A stretch of DNA of 64,000 bases, from the NCBI GenBank assembly GCA_963778715.1, contig CAVZVK010000005.1, positions 2,698 to 66,697 of the forward strand. The letters run 5' to 3'. Position numbers and translations under genes: made by a program. A model generated the notes under the pieces. The model worked only from the letters and a program-made list of their open reading frames with translations. It did not search any database and was not told where the DNA came from. Positions 39,506 to 49,440 of this stretch are shown piece by piece. Position 1 is the first letter of the stretch. Each line of letters starts with the position of its first letter. The stretch is from an uncultured Solirubrobacterales bacterium (GTDB lineage: Bacteria > Actinomycetota > Thermoleophilia > Solirubrobacterales > 70-9).

Positions 39506-40835
39506 GTGATCGTCGGTGCGGATCATGCGCAGCTCGATCGGGACCACCTCTGGCACCCGTTCACGCAGCAGCAGGCCTGGTGCGAGGAAGAGCCGCTGAT
39601 GATCGAGCGGGCGGAGGGCTCCTATCTGATCGACGAGGAGGGCCGCCGCTACCTCGACGGCGTCTCCTCGCTCTGGTGCAACGTGCACGGCCATCGCCAC
39701 CCCGGCATCGACGCCGCGGTGCGCGAGCAGCTCGGCAGGGTCGCCCACTCGACCATGCTCGGCCTCTCCCACCCCGGCGCCGCCGAGCTGGCCGCGCCGC
39801 CTGGTCGATCTCGCCCCGCCCGGCCTCTCGCGCGTCTTCTACTCGGAGTCGGGCTCGACCGCGGTCGAGATCGCGCTGAAGATGGCCTTCCAGTACCAGC
39901 AGCAGCGCGGCGGCCAGCACGCCCGCCGCACCTCCTTCGTCCACCTGCGCGACGCCTACCACGGCGACACGATCGGCTCGGTCTCGGTCGGCGGCATCGA
40001 CCTCTTCCACTCCGCCTACCGGCCGCTGCTGTTCTCGACCCACGCAGCCGAGCCCGGCGACGCGGCCGACCTCGAGCGCATCCTCGACCTGCACGAAGAA
40101 GAGATCGCCGCGGTGATCGTCGAGCCGCTGGTCCAGGGCGCCGCCGGGATGCTCATCCACCCGCCCGGCTACCTGCGCGCCGTGCGCGAGCTCTGCGACC
40201 GCTACGGCGTGCTGCTGATCTGCGACGAGGTGGCGACCGGCTTCGGCCGCACCGGCACGATGTTCGCCTGCGAGCAGGAGGGCGTCGCGCCCGACCTGCT
40301 CTGCCTCGCCAAGGGCCTCACCGGCGGCTACCTGCCGCTGGCGGCGACCCTCGCCACCGAGCGGATCTACGAGGGCTTCCTCGGCGCCTCCGAGGAGTGG
40401 CGCACCTTCTTCCACGGCCACACCTACACCGGCAACCCGCTCGCCTGCGCCGCCGCCCTCGCCAACCTCGACGCCTTCGAGAGCGAGCGCACGATCGAGC
40501 GCCTGCAGCCGAAGATCGCGCTGCTGCGGGAGCTGCTCGACGAGGTCGCGAGCGATGCCCGAGGTCGCCGAGATCCGCGCGCGCGGCTTCATGGTCGGAA
40601 TCGACCTCGGCGAACACGACCCCGCCCTCCGCCTCGGCCACCAAGTCACCCTGGAGGCCCGCAAGCGCGGCGCGATCATCCGCCCGCTCGGCGACGTGGT
40701 CATCCTCATGCCCCCGCTTTCGATCTCCGACAGAGGAGCTGCAGAGAGCTGGTGCTGATCACTGCCGAGTCGATCGAGGCCGCCTGCACGGCCACAATGC
40801 GGGCGCTGCCGGAGCGTCTCGCTCAGGCAGCCTGA
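39506..40835 (+). pseudogene. bioA: adenosylmethionine-8-amino-7-oxononanoate aminotransferase, about 3 apparent frameshifts
   Basis: GTG at 39506. [11 protein letters not shown] and [13 protein letters not shown] (ORF 39398..). [28 protein letters not shown] and [15 protein letters not shown] (ORF 39882..40835). MVGIDL...[14 protein letters not shown] (ORF 40555..). Confidence 0.85.
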
Positions 40836-40856
40836 CCTTTCCGCGTAGCGTGCGGT

Positions 40857-41430
40857 GTGATGGATTCGGGGTTCACCCGTAGTAGGGGCGTGAGCGAGGC
40901 AGTCCTTACAGCCGCGGTCGAGGTGCCCGGAGAGGCCGCCTTCGACTTCGAGCGGCTGTATCGATCGAGCCGCGACGACGTCTACGCCTATGCCGCCGGC
41001 CTGCTCCGCGACCGGGCCGCGGCCGAGGACGTCACCGCGGCGGCCTTCGAGCGCGCCTACCGCAAGCGCGCCCGCTTCAACCCGCGAAAGGGCTCGCCGA
41101 GGGCCTGGCTCTTCGGCATCGCCCGCAACGCTGCGCTCGACGAGCTGCGACGCCGCAGCCGCCACGCGAAGCTGGCGCAATGACCCAATCGACGAGACCA
41201 TCGACGTGGGCGCCGATCAGCAGCGAGCGGCAGCGAGTTGCGGCTGGTCCTGACCGCCGCGCTCGTACAGCTCGAGCCGCCGCGAGCGGGAGCTGATCGC
41301 GCTCAAGTTCTTCGCCGGGCTCAGCAACGGTGAGATCGCCCGTGTGCTCGGCACCAGCGACTCGAATGCCGGCACCAAGCTGCACCGCGCCGTCAACAAG
41401 CTGAGGGAGGCATGCAATGGAGCGCTCTAG
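40857..41430 (+). pseudogene. ECF-type sigma-70 family RNA polymerase sigma factor, about 2 apparent frameshifts
   Basis: FERLYRSSRDDVYAYAAGLLRDRAAAEDVTAAAFERAY and AWLFGIARNAALDELRRR (ORF 40857..41183). A shifted frame gives RELIALKFFAGLSNGEIARVLGTSDSNAGTKLHRAVNKLRE. TAG at 41428..41430. Confidence 0.8.
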
Positions 41431-42519
41431 GGATTACGAGGAGATCGCCGTGGTCCTGGCGGAAGCGCGATCGACTCCAACCCCTAACTTCTGCGAGGAG
41501 CTCGATGAGCTGGTGGCGAGCGGGTTCCGGCGGGACCCACGCGTTGACCGACCTCGTCTGTCGGCTCTCGCGGACCGCCTGCGTGACCTCTCTCCCCGGC
41601 GCGCCCTCTTCGCCACCGGCGGTACTGCGCTGGCCGCGATCGCACTGGCGACCGTAGTCGTCGCCAGCCTCGATTCGGGCTCGGGCCCGGCAACGATCGA
41701 ACGCCAGGCTGCCCCCCGACCGGCAAAGACCCAGTTCTCGGAAGAGATCCACGCGCCCGCTGGAGTCCCCGCCAACGCCGGCTCCTCGGCCGGCCAGGAA
41801 TCCAGCGCTGTCGAAGCCGAAGTGATCCCGCCCAACCGCGGCGTCCGTCAGCGCGAGATCGAGCGCTCGGCCGAGATCGGCCTGGTTGCCGAACCGGATG
41901 ATGTCGCCGCCGACTCGGCCAGGGTGTTCAGCGCAGTCCACGACGTACGGGGAATCGTCCTGCATTCGACGACCACGGCCGGAAGGCATGCCGGAGCCTA
42001 TTTCGACCTGCTCATCCCCAGCGCCAGGCTCGGCGATGCACTGGCGTCCTTCTCGGCGATCGACGAGGTGCGAACGCGACACGAGGCGACAACAGACATC
42101 ACCGCCCCCACGGTCGCCCTGGGCGAACAGCTCCAGGACTCGCGGGCGAAGGTTGACAGCCTCCTTGCCCAACTCGCCACGACCGAATCCGAATCCGAAC
42201 GGGAAGCGGTCGAAATCGAGCTGAGCCGCGAGCGCCACCGTGCCGCCGTCCTGCGCGGCCGCCTCGACAAGCTGCACCGCCGCGCCGACTACTCGCGCGT
42301 CTCGCTGCGAATCGAGAGCTGGCTCCTCCTCCCACTCGACCGACGGCGCCTGGGGAGTGGATGACGGCCTTCCACGACGCCGGCCGCATCCTCGGCATCG
42401 CCGCCGGCGTCGCCCTGATCGGCATCGCCATCCTCGCCCCGTTGGCCCTGATCGCTCTCCTGGCCTGGCTCGCCAGAAGCGCCTGGCTGCGTTGGGCACG
42501 CCGCCGCGCCCTCGCTTAA
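41417..42519 (+). pseudogene. DUF4349-like membrane protein (possible anti-sigma partner), one apparent frameshift near 42330
   Basis: The start overlaps the sigma gene end. Central TM ALFATGGTALAAIALATVVVA. The coiled C-terminal half follows (ORF 41417..42364). A shifted frame adds the TM tail ILGIAAGVALIGIAILAPLALIALLAWLA and TAA at 42517..42519. Confidence 0.6.
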
Positions 42520-42524
42520 CCGGA

Positions 42525-42580
42525 GACGTGTCTGACTTTAACCACCAAATACGGTGGGAAAACTCAGACACGCCCCCGAT
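42525..42580. repeat. nested-hairpin element, copy B (outer stem CGTGTCTGA/TCAGACACG, inner stem CCACC/GGTGG)
   Basis: GACGTGTCTGACTTTA-aCCACCaaatacGGTGGg-aaaacTCAGACACGCCCCCGAT. It starts 6 nt after the stop codon at 42517..42519 and lies upstream of the NUDIX gene. Confidence 0.6.
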
Positions 42581-42644
42581 ATGGTGGCTCGATGGACGAG
42601 AGAAGCGGGGGCCGGCGGAGGCGCCGAATCTCGGTGAGCCCGCA

Positions 42645-43235
42645 GTGCCACGGCCGGCCGCTTCGGTCGTGCTGCTTGCGACGGGGCGGCAAGCACTCGC
42701 GATCGGGCGCTTGAGGTGCTGCTGCTGAAGCGGACCGAGGAGGCGAAGTTCATGCCGAACGTGTGGGTGTTTCCAGGTGGCGCCGTGGACGACGGGGACG
42801 GCGTGGATGAGGCGCGGCTTCAAAGCCTGCGCGGTGCGGGAGCTGGAGGAGGAGGCGGGGATCGCGCTGCCAGCGGACGAGGAGCTGGTGCTGTTCTCGC
42901 GCTGGATCACGCCGGAGGTCGTCTCGCGCCGCTTCGATGCCTGGTTCTTCCTCGCCCTGGCGCCGGCGCACTCGCCGCCGCGGCCCGACGGGGTCGAGAC
43001 CACTGACGCGGGCTGGTTCGAGCCGGCGCGGGCACTGGAGGCTCAGGCAGCCGGCGAGATCGTGCTCGCCTTTCCGACGATCAAGCAGCTCGAGTCGCTG
43101 CTGCCCTTCTGCAACTCCGACGAGGCGCTTGCCGCGCACCGCGAGCTCGCGGTCGAGCCGGTCCTGCCCAAGGTGATCGGCACACCCGAGGACAACCGCG
43201 TCGTCCTCCCCGGCGATCCCGACTACCCGGCCTGA
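42645..43235 (+). pseudogene. NUDIX hydrolase, about 2 apparent frameshifts
   Basis: LLLKRTEEAKFMPNVWVFPGGAVDDGD (ORF 42716..) then the Nudix box AVRELEEEAGIALP and WFEPARALE (ORF 42777..43235). The start is uncertain (GTG 42645). Confidence 0.7.
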
Positions 43236-43241
43236 GGCGAT

Positions 43242-43943
43242 TTAGCTCGCCGGAAACGGCGCGAGGCCGGCGTGCCAGGGCCCGGGCGGATACGTGTGGA
43301 GGCCGCTCTCCTCCATCTCCCCCTGCAACCGTTTGAACAGCTGGCCGGCGTTTTTCAGCACCGCTTTCAGTTCCTCGGCGCTGCGCTCGCCGAGCTGCCA
43401 GAGGAACCAGAGCTGGCGGTCGTTGATGCCGAAGTCGACCTCGCCGGTCATCGTCGTCGTCCAGGCGAGGAAGCCGGGGCTGAAGAGCTCGCGCAGGGCG
43501 ACCGGGTCGTACTCGCTGGGCACCGTGGCGAGGAAGCGCTTGTTGAAGTCGATCGACTCGAACTCGACCTTGCGGGCGAAGCGCTGGGTGACGTGCTCGT
43601 GGCCCTCGATCGACTCGACGTTGAAGGCGGGCACCACCTGGGCCAGGTCGGGCATGTGGGCCTTGGCCAGCAGCGCGCTGGGCAGCACCGCCTTGCCGAA
43701 GAGGCCGCCGACTTCCTTCTCGTCGGCGTCGCAGCAGGAGCCCCAGAAGCCCTCGGCGAGCTGCCCCGTGAGCCGGTTGGTCCCGCCCACGCAGAGCGCC
43801 ACCGGCGCGTCTTTGGGGTTGATCCCGCCGACCGGCTCGTATTTCAGCTCGTGCCGCTCGCCGTAGGTGGCGACGATTTCGGCCCATTCCTGCGCTTCTT
43901 GCTTGGCTCCCATCGAGGTCGATCCTATGCCCAGCACCGCCAC
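43242..43943 (-). CDS. hypothetical protein (233 aa), intact
   Basis: Uninterrupted ORF with protein-like composition (…FESIDFNKRFLATVPSEYDPVALRELFSPGFLAW…). Family not recognised with confidence. The start may be the internal ATG 43913. Confidence 0.55.
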   Translation of the reverse strand: MAVLGIGSTSMGAKQEAQEWAEIVATYGERHELKYEPVGGINPKDAPVALCVGGTNRLTGQLAEGFWGSCCDADEKEVGGLFGKAVLPSALLAKAHMPDLAQVVPAFNVESIEGHEHVTQRFARKVEFESIDFNKRFLATVPSEYDPVALRELFSPGFLAWTTTMTGEVDFGINDRQLWFLWQLGERSAEELKAVLKNAGQLFKRLQGEMEESGLHTYPPGPWHAGLAPFPAS

Positions 43944-44000
43944 AGCCGAGTATGGCCGCGCATGATGCCAGTTGGCCGGTCGACCAGTAGGATGGGCTCA

Positions 44001-44568
44001 ATGACTATCGCCATCATCGTGGTCGTCGCGATCATCGTCATCGCGGTCCTCTACTACATCGCCAAGCGCAACTCGATCATCTCCTCGCGCAACCGGGTCG
44101 ACGAGTCGTGGAGCGGGATCGACGTGCAGCTGAAGCGCCGCCACGACCTCGTGCCCAACCTGGTCGAGACGGTCAAGGGCTACGCCGAGCACGAGAGCCA
44201 GACCTTCGAGAAGACGACCCAGGCGCGGGCCGCGGCGATGGCCGCCCAGGGCGTCGAGGAAACCGCCAAGGCCGAGCAGCAGCTGACCCGGGCGCTGGCC
44301 GACGTCAAGGCCGTCGCGGAGAACTACCCGACCCTGCGCGCCACCGAGAACTTCCAGCAGCTCAGCCGCAACCTCTCCGAGCTCGAGGACGAGATCCAGG
44401 CCTCGCGCCGGATCTACAACTCCAACGTGCAGTCCTACAACACCGATGATCGAACAGTTCCCGGGCTCGATCATCGCCAACCAGGGCAACTTCACCAAAC
44501 GCGAGTTCTTCGAGATCGAGGACGCCTCGGATCGCGAGCCGGTCTCGGTCAGCTTCAGCAAAGACTGA
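44001..44568 (+). pseudogene. LemA-family membrane protein, one apparent frameshift near 44445
   Basis: MTIAIIVVVAIIVIAVLYYIAKRNSIISSRNRVDESWSGIDVQLKRRHDLVPNLVETVKGYA...IYNSNVQSYNT, then the shifted MIEQFPGSIIANQGNFTKREFFE. TGA at 44566..44568. Confidence 0.8.
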
Positions 44569-44586
44569 GGTCCCTAAGCTCTTGTC

Positions 44587-44778
44587 ATGACGACGGCTAC
44601 CGAGCAAACGCTCTGGATCTGCGAGAGCTGCGGCTTCATCTACGACCCGGCGATCGGCGATCCCGACGGCGGCATCCCGCCCGGCACCAAGTTCGAGGAC
44701 ATCCCCAAAGACTGGTTCTGCCCCGTCTGCGGCGCCCGCACCTCGGACTTCCGCCCGCTGGAGCCCGGCGAGGCCTAG
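44587..44778 (+). CDS. rubredoxin
   Basis: 63-aa [15 protein letters not shown]...DWFCPVCGA (two CxxCG knuckles). Confidence 0.9.
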   Translation: MTTATEQTLWICESCGFIYDPAIGDPDGGIPPGTKFEDIPKDWFCPVCGARTSDFRPLEPGEA

Positions 44779-44795
44779 GCCCGCCCGGGGGCGCC

Positions 44796-46487
44796 ATGAA
44801 GCACGACTTCGACTGGTTCGTGGTGGGCTCCGGCTTCGGGGGCTCCGTCTCGGCGCTGCGACTCGCTGAAAAGGGCTACTCGGTCGCGGTGCTGGAGTGC
44901 GGCAGCCGCTTCCGCGACGAGGACTTCGCCGAGTCCAACCTGAAGCATCCGCGCCGCTACTTCTGGTTCCCCCGCTTCGGCATGCGCGGGGTGATGCGGA
45001 TGACCTTCTTCAAGGACGTCTTCATCGTCTCCGGCAGCGGCGTCGGCGGCGGCAGCCTCGGCTACGCAAACACGCTCTACCGCGCCCGCCCGGCCTTCTT
45101 CAGCGATCCGCAGTGGAGCGAGCTGGGTGAGTGGGACCGCGAGCTGGCGCCCCACTACGACACCGCCGAGCGGATGCTCGGGGTGGTCGAGTACGAGGGG
45201 ATCGGGCCAGCCGACAAGCTGCTGCAGGAATACGGCGAGGAGATCGGCGTCGGCGAGACCTTCACCAACACCCGCGTCGGCGTCTTCTTCGACAAGCCCG
45301 GGGTCGAGGTCGAGGATCCGTTCTTCGGCGGCGAGGGGCCCAGCCGCACCGGCTGCATGCGCTGCGGCAGCTGCATGGTCGGCTGCCGCCACGGGGCCAA
45401 GAACACGCTGATGAAGAACTACCTCTGGTTCGCCGAGAAGCTCGGCGTGCAGATCCAGCCCGAGCGCCAGGTGACCGAGATCCGCCCGCTCGGCGCCGCC
45501 GACGGCTCCGACGGCTACGCGGTGACCAGCGAGCGCTCGGGCTCCTGGCTGCGCAAGCGGCGGCGCACCCAGACCGCCCGCGGCGTGATCGTCGCCGCCG
45601 GCGCCCTCGGCACCAACAACCTGCTCGCCAACTGCCGCCACAGCGGCGCCCTGCCCCACATCTCGGACAGGCTCGGCGACCTCGTCCGCACCAACTCGGA
45701 GTCGATCCAGTCGGTCACCGCGCCCGACGACGAGCGCGACTTCAGCCGCTCGGTCGCGATCACCTCGAGCATCTATCCAGATCCCGACACCCACATCGAG
45801 GTCGTCACCTACGGCCAGGGCGGCGACGCGATGGCCGGCACCTTCACCGCGATGACCGGGCCGGGGACGAAACTGAGCCGCCCGATCAAGTGGCTGGCCG
45901 CGGTCCTCCGCCACCCGCTGCGCACCGTGCGGATGCTGATCCCGCACCGCTGGTCCCAGCGCACGGTGATCCTGCTGGTGATGCAGACGGTCGACGCGGC
46001 GATGCACTTCCGGCCCAAGCGCAAGCTGTTCGGGCGCGGCGTGCGCCTGCAGACCGAACAGGACCCGGGCCGGCCCAACCCGACCTACATCCCGGCTGCC
46101 GAGCAGGTGGCGCGCTGGTTCGCGAAGCGAACCGGCGGCGTCGCCCAGAGCGCGATCACCGAGTCGGTCCGCAACATTCCCTCGACCGCCCACATCCTCG
46201 GCGGCGCCGTCGTCGGCGAGGGCCCAGAGAGCGGCGTCGTCGACGCCGGCAACCGCGTCTTCGGCTACGAGAACCTGCTGGTCTGCGACGGGGCGGCGAT
46301 ACCGGCCAACCCCGGCGTCAACCCAAGCCTGACGATCACCGCCAAGGCCGAGCACGCGATGAGCCTGATCCCGCCAAAGGAGGGTGCGGAGCCGGGCCAC
46401 CTGCCGGAGGCGGCCGGCCGGCGGGGGCGTCGGGGCTGGTCCCCGGAGCTTCGGCCGAGGCTCCCGGGGACCCGGCCCCGCGCCTGA
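44796..46487 (+). CDS. GMC-family FAD-dependent oxidoreductase (cholesterol-oxidase-like)
   Basis: ATG 44796 within the chimeric ORF 43272..46487. FDWFVVGSGFGGSVSALRLAEKGYSVAVLECG and the C-terminal NLLVCDGAAIPANPGVNPSLTI. Uninterrupted 563 aa. Confidence 0.85.
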   Translation: MKHDFDWFVVGSGFGGSVSALRLAEKGYSVAVLECGSRFRDEDFAESNLKHPRRYFWFPRFGMRGVMRMTFFKDVFIVSGSGVGGGSLGYANTLYRARPAFFSDPQWSELGEWDRELAPHYDTAERMLGVVEYEGIGPADKLLQEYGEEIGVGETFTNTRVGVFFDKPGVEVEDPFFGGEGPSRTGCMRCGSCMVGCRHGAKNTLMKNYLWFAEKLGVQIQPERQVTEIRPLGAADGSDGYAVTSERSGSWLRKRRRTQTARGVIVAAGALGTNNLLANCRHSGALPHISDRLGDLVRTNSESIQSVTAPDDERDFSRSVAITSSIYPDPDTHIEVVTYGQGGDAMAGTFTAMTGPGTKLSRPIKWLAAVLRHPLRTVRMLIPHRWSQRTVILLVMQTVDAAMHFRPKRKLFGRGVRLQTEQDPGRPNPTYIPAAEQVARWFAKRTGGVAQSAITESVRNIPSTAHILGGAVVGEGPESGVVDAGNRVFGYENLLVCDGAAIPANPGVNPSLTITAKAEHAMSLIPPKEGAEPGHLPEAAGRRGRRGWSPELRPRLPGTRPRA

Positions 46488-46542
46488 CGGTCTCGCCGCC
46501 GAAGTAGGCCTGTTCAGCTGTCAGCCGGCCTCGGCGAGGCGC

Positions 46543-47124
46543 TCAGCTACGATCCCAGTTGACGACGTTCCAGAAAGCGTCGATGTAGTCGGGGCGCTTG
46601 TTCTGGTACTTGAGGTAGTAGGCGTGCTCCCAGACGTCGCAGCCGAGCAGCGGCACGCTGCCGTCGGAGATCGGCGAGTCCTGGTTCGGCGTCGAGACGA
46701 CCGCGAGGCCGGAGCTGTCCTTGACCAGCCAGGCCCAGCCGGAGCCGAAGCGGGCGATGCCGGCGGCCTTGAACTCGTCCTTGAAGGAGTCGAAGGAGCC
46801 GAAGGTCTCGCCGATCGCCGCGCCGAGGTCGCCGCCGGGCTCACCACCGCCGTCGGGGCTCAGCATCTGCCAGAAGAGCGAGTGGTTGTAGTGGCCGCCG
46901 GCGTTGTTGCGCACCGGGCCCTGCTTGTCGCCGGGCAGGCTGGAGAGATTGCGCAGCACGTCCTCGACCTCGCGGTCGGCCCACTCGGTCCCCTCCAACG
47001 CCGCGTTGGCTTTGTCGACGTAGGCCTGGTGGTGCTTGTCGTGGTGCACGCGCATCGTCGCCTCGTCGATGTGGGGCTCGAGCGCGTCGTATGCGTAGGG
47101 AAGGTCGGGAACCGAAAAGGCCAT
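46543..47124 (-). CDS. sodA: Fe/Mn superoxide dismutase
   Basis: ATG 47124 within ORF 46543..47214. [25 protein letters not shown] and [20 protein letters not shown]. Confidence 0.93.
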   Translation of the reverse strand: MAFSVPDLPYAYDALEPHIDEATMRVHHDKHHQAYVDKANAALEGTEWADREVEDVLRNLSSLPGDKQGPVRNNAGGHYNHSLFWQMLSPDGGGEPGGDLGAAIGETFGSFDSFKDEFKAAGIARFGSGWAWLVKDSSGLAVVSTPNQDSPISDGSVPLLGCDVWEHAYYLKYQNKRPDYIDAFWNVVNWDRS

Positions 47125-47218
47125 CTGGCGTCTCCTCATGATTGGACTGGTAGGAAGCCTAACGCCGCCACGCGTTCTCGCTGACCCGCCCACTAAGCCG
47201 TCGAGCACGGGCACCTAA

Positions 47219-48022
47219 GTGCGGGATGGGGAAGGAGACGACACCGATCGGCGCTCGAATGCCCGGCCCGGGGAGCAGCTCACCGTCGAACGTGAGCTCT
47301 GGGAGCGCTTTGCCCGCGATCGCGAGCCCGCTGTCCGTGAAGAGCTAGTGCGGCGCAACATGGCCTTCGCCAAGCGCCTGGCGTTGCGCTACCGCGGCGC
47401 CAGCGAGTCCTTCGACGACCTGCTCCAGGTCGCCAACCTTGGCCTGCTGAACGCGGTCGATCGCTTCGACCCCGAGCGCGGCATCCCCTTCACCGCCTTC
47501 GCCTCGCCGACGATCCTCGGTGAGCTGAAGCGCCACTTCCGCGACCGGGTCTGGACGGTGCGCGTGCCGCGCGGCCTGCACGACCGCATGGCCGAAGTCG
47601 ACAAAGCGATCACCGAGCTGACCAAGCAGCTGCAGCGCTCACCCACCGTCGGCGAGATCGCCGAGAAGCTGGGGCTCGAGCAGACCGACGTGCTCGAGGT
47701 GCTGGAGGCCAACCACAACCGCCGCCCGCTCTCGCTCGATCGTCCCGCCGGCGGCGAGGACTCAGACGAGGCTCCGCCCTCGGAGTGGGTCGGCGAGGAG
47801 GACGAGCGCTTCGAGCTGGTCGAGGGCCGGATCGCCCTCGACGCGGCCCTGCCCTACCTCGAGGAGCGCGAGCGCGTCGTCCTGCGCCTGCGCTTCGTCG
47901 AGGACATGACCCAGTCGCAGATCGCCGAGCGGATCGGTCACTCGCAGATGCACGTCTCTCGCATCCTGCGTCGCGCTCTGGTGCAGATTCGCGAGCGGAT
48001 TGAGGAGGAAGGTGGGCGGTGA
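47219..48022 (+). CDS. SigB/SigF-type (group 3) sigma-70 family sigma factor
   Basis: 267-aa ORF. DDLLQVANLGLLNAVDRFDPERGIPFTAFASPTILGELKRHFRD and the region 4 segment MTQSQIAERIGHSQMHVSRIL. Confidence 0.85.
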   Translation: MRDGEGDDTDRRSNARPGEQLTVERELWERFARDREPAVREELVRRNMAFAKRLALRYRGASESFDDLLQVANLGLLNAVDRFDPERGIPFTAFASPTILGELKRHFRDRVWTVRVPRGLHDRMAEVDKAITELTKQLQRSPTVGEIAEKLGLEQTDVLEVLEANHNRRPLSLDRPAGGEDSDEAPPSEWVGEEDERFELVEGRIALDAALPYLEERERVVLRLRFVEDMTQSQIAERIGHSQMHVSRILRRALVQIRERIEEEGGR

Positions 48023-48029
48023 GGTGGCG

Positions 48030-48089
48030 GGGTGGGGTCCCCAAAACGCTCGGCGGGAGCCTCGCTTGAGTGTTTTGGGGACCCCACCC
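48030..48089. terminator. hairpin with an 18-bp perfect stem between convergent sigma and anti-sigma genes
   Basis: GGGTGGGGTCCCCAAAAC at 48030..48047 pairs with GTTTTGGGGACCCCACCC at 48072..48089. 24-nt loop. Confidence 0.6.
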
Positions 48090-48122
48090 GGCCACCTGAT
48101 CGACCCGGCTGCCTCGCTGGGA

Positions 48123-48959
48123 TCAAGCTCTGGTGAATCTGATTATCAGGTAGTCCCCGTCGTCGGACTGGTCGACCTCGAGCTCGTCGACCAGCGCCTC
48201 CAGAGAGCCGCCGAGATCAGGGACCGCCAGCTCCTCGCGGATCTCGCTTGCGGCGCCTTTTTCCATCGGGCCGAGGCGCAGCTCGAGGCCGGCTTCGCTC
48301 TCGCCGAGGCCGAGCCGCACGCAGCCGTCGGCGAAGCGGCCGGGTGCCGCGACCGAAATCGCGTCGGTGATCAGGACGGCATCGGACACCCGGTCGACCG
48401 AGAGGTCGCGACGGGCGGCAAGCACGCCGACCAGACGCGCCAGCACCGGTTCGAGCAGCTCGGCGCTGCCGACCGAGATCTCGGTGCCGGCAACCTCGGG
48501 GACCAGCTTCGGCTCCGCCGGACCGCCCCCATTCGTGCCACCACCCTTTAGCGGCAGCCGCATCATCACCTCGGTGCCACGGTCGAGGCCACCGGAGATG
48601 CTGAAGCTGCTGGAGAGCGCTGCGATCAGCGAAAGTCCGAGTTTGAGGCTGGCGCGCTCCGGATCGGCCTGCGGGCTGATCCCAGCGCCACTGTCGCTGA
48701 CGGTTACGGTCATGCCCTCGCTATCGGGCTGGGCATCGACCAGGAGTGGCCCCGGGCCGTCGGGATAGGCGTGGACGACGACGTTCATGCAGGCCTCGGT
48801 CACCACGGTCTTCAGGTCGGCGACACCGGCTTCGTCCATCCCCATCTGCTCCCCCATCCCGGCCAACGCGTGGCGAACCACCGCTACGTTGTCCGCCCTG
48901 GCGGGAAGCCTCATCTGAAGCCCGGTCGGCTTCTCGTTGGTGGTGGAGCCGTTTGCCAT
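48123..48959 (-). CDS. RsbW-like anti-sigma factor/serine kinase (HATPase_c) with an extra C-terminal domain
   Basis: 278-aa ORF. VAVVRHALAGMGEQMGMDEAGVADLKTVVTEACMNVVVHAY...VTVSDSGAGI. About 130 extra C-terminal residues. Confidence 0.7.
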   Translation of the reverse strand: MANGSTTNEKPTGLQMRLPARADNVAVVRHALAGMGEQMGMDEAGVADLKTVVTEACMNVVVHAYPDGPGPLLVDAQPDSEGMTVTVSDSGAGISPQADPERASLKLGLSLIAALSSSFSISGGLDRGTEVMMRLPLKGGGTNGGGPAEPKLVPEVAGTEISVGSAELLEPVLARLVGVLAARRDLSVDRVSDAVLITDAISVAAPGRFADGCVRLGLGESEAGLELRLGPMEKGAASEIREELAVPDLGGSLEALVDELEVDQSDDGDYLIIRFTRA

Positions 48960-49032
48960 CTAGCGTGATTCCCCGCTGGGGAGCCTGTTCCCCGCGGACA
49001 GCGAGCATAGCCGTCTTGCGTTGGCCATTCCG

Positions 49033-49440
49033 CTACCCGAGGCGCGATGGCGCAAAACGCCTGACAGCCTCTTCGGGGTCGACGAAGACCTCGCCGCGGA
49101 CGAATAAACCATCCCGCAGCTGCCAGATCCAGGCGACCGGCATGTCGCGAATACCGAGCTCGCGGCTGCGGACGTAGACCCTCCCGATCACCAGCATGCG
49201 GTCCTCGAGCTGCTCGACCCGGCTCGGCGTGATCAGCAGCTCTTCCCAGATCCGTTCGACGTCGGCGAGGTACTGGCGCAGGCCGTCAGAGCCGGTGTAG
49301 GGAGCCTCGCGGCCGACCTCCTCAGCGGTCACGGCGAAGAACTCCATCTGCTCGGAGCAGAGCGCCACGATCGTCTCCTCGTCACGCTGGTTGAAGGCGT
49401 GGAAGAGGCGTCCGACCAGCGCCTCGCCAGTCTCAGCCAT
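49033..49440 (-). CDS. SnoaL/NTF2-like domain protein
   Basis: ATG 49440 within ORF 49033..49713. LVGRLFHAFNQRDEETIVALCSEQMEFF...AWIWQLRDGLFVRGEVF. Confidence 0.65.
   Translation of the reverse strand: MAETGEALVGRLFHAFNQRDEETIVALCSEQMEFFAVTAEEVGREAPYTGSDGLRQYLADVERIWEELLITPSRVEQLEDRMLVIGRVYVRSRELGIRDMPVAWIWQLRDGLFVRGEVFVDPEEAVRRFAPSRLG

Noticed and set aside
43272-46487. 1071-aa plus-strand ORF, the longest in the track
   Set aside because: It is a chimera. Its first roughly 240 codons are antisense to the real minus-strand gene 43242..43943. It then passes through LemA (which actually changes frame near 44445) and the rubredoxin region in the wrong frame. Only codons from ATG 44796 onward (the GMC oxidoreductase) carry recognisable motifs.
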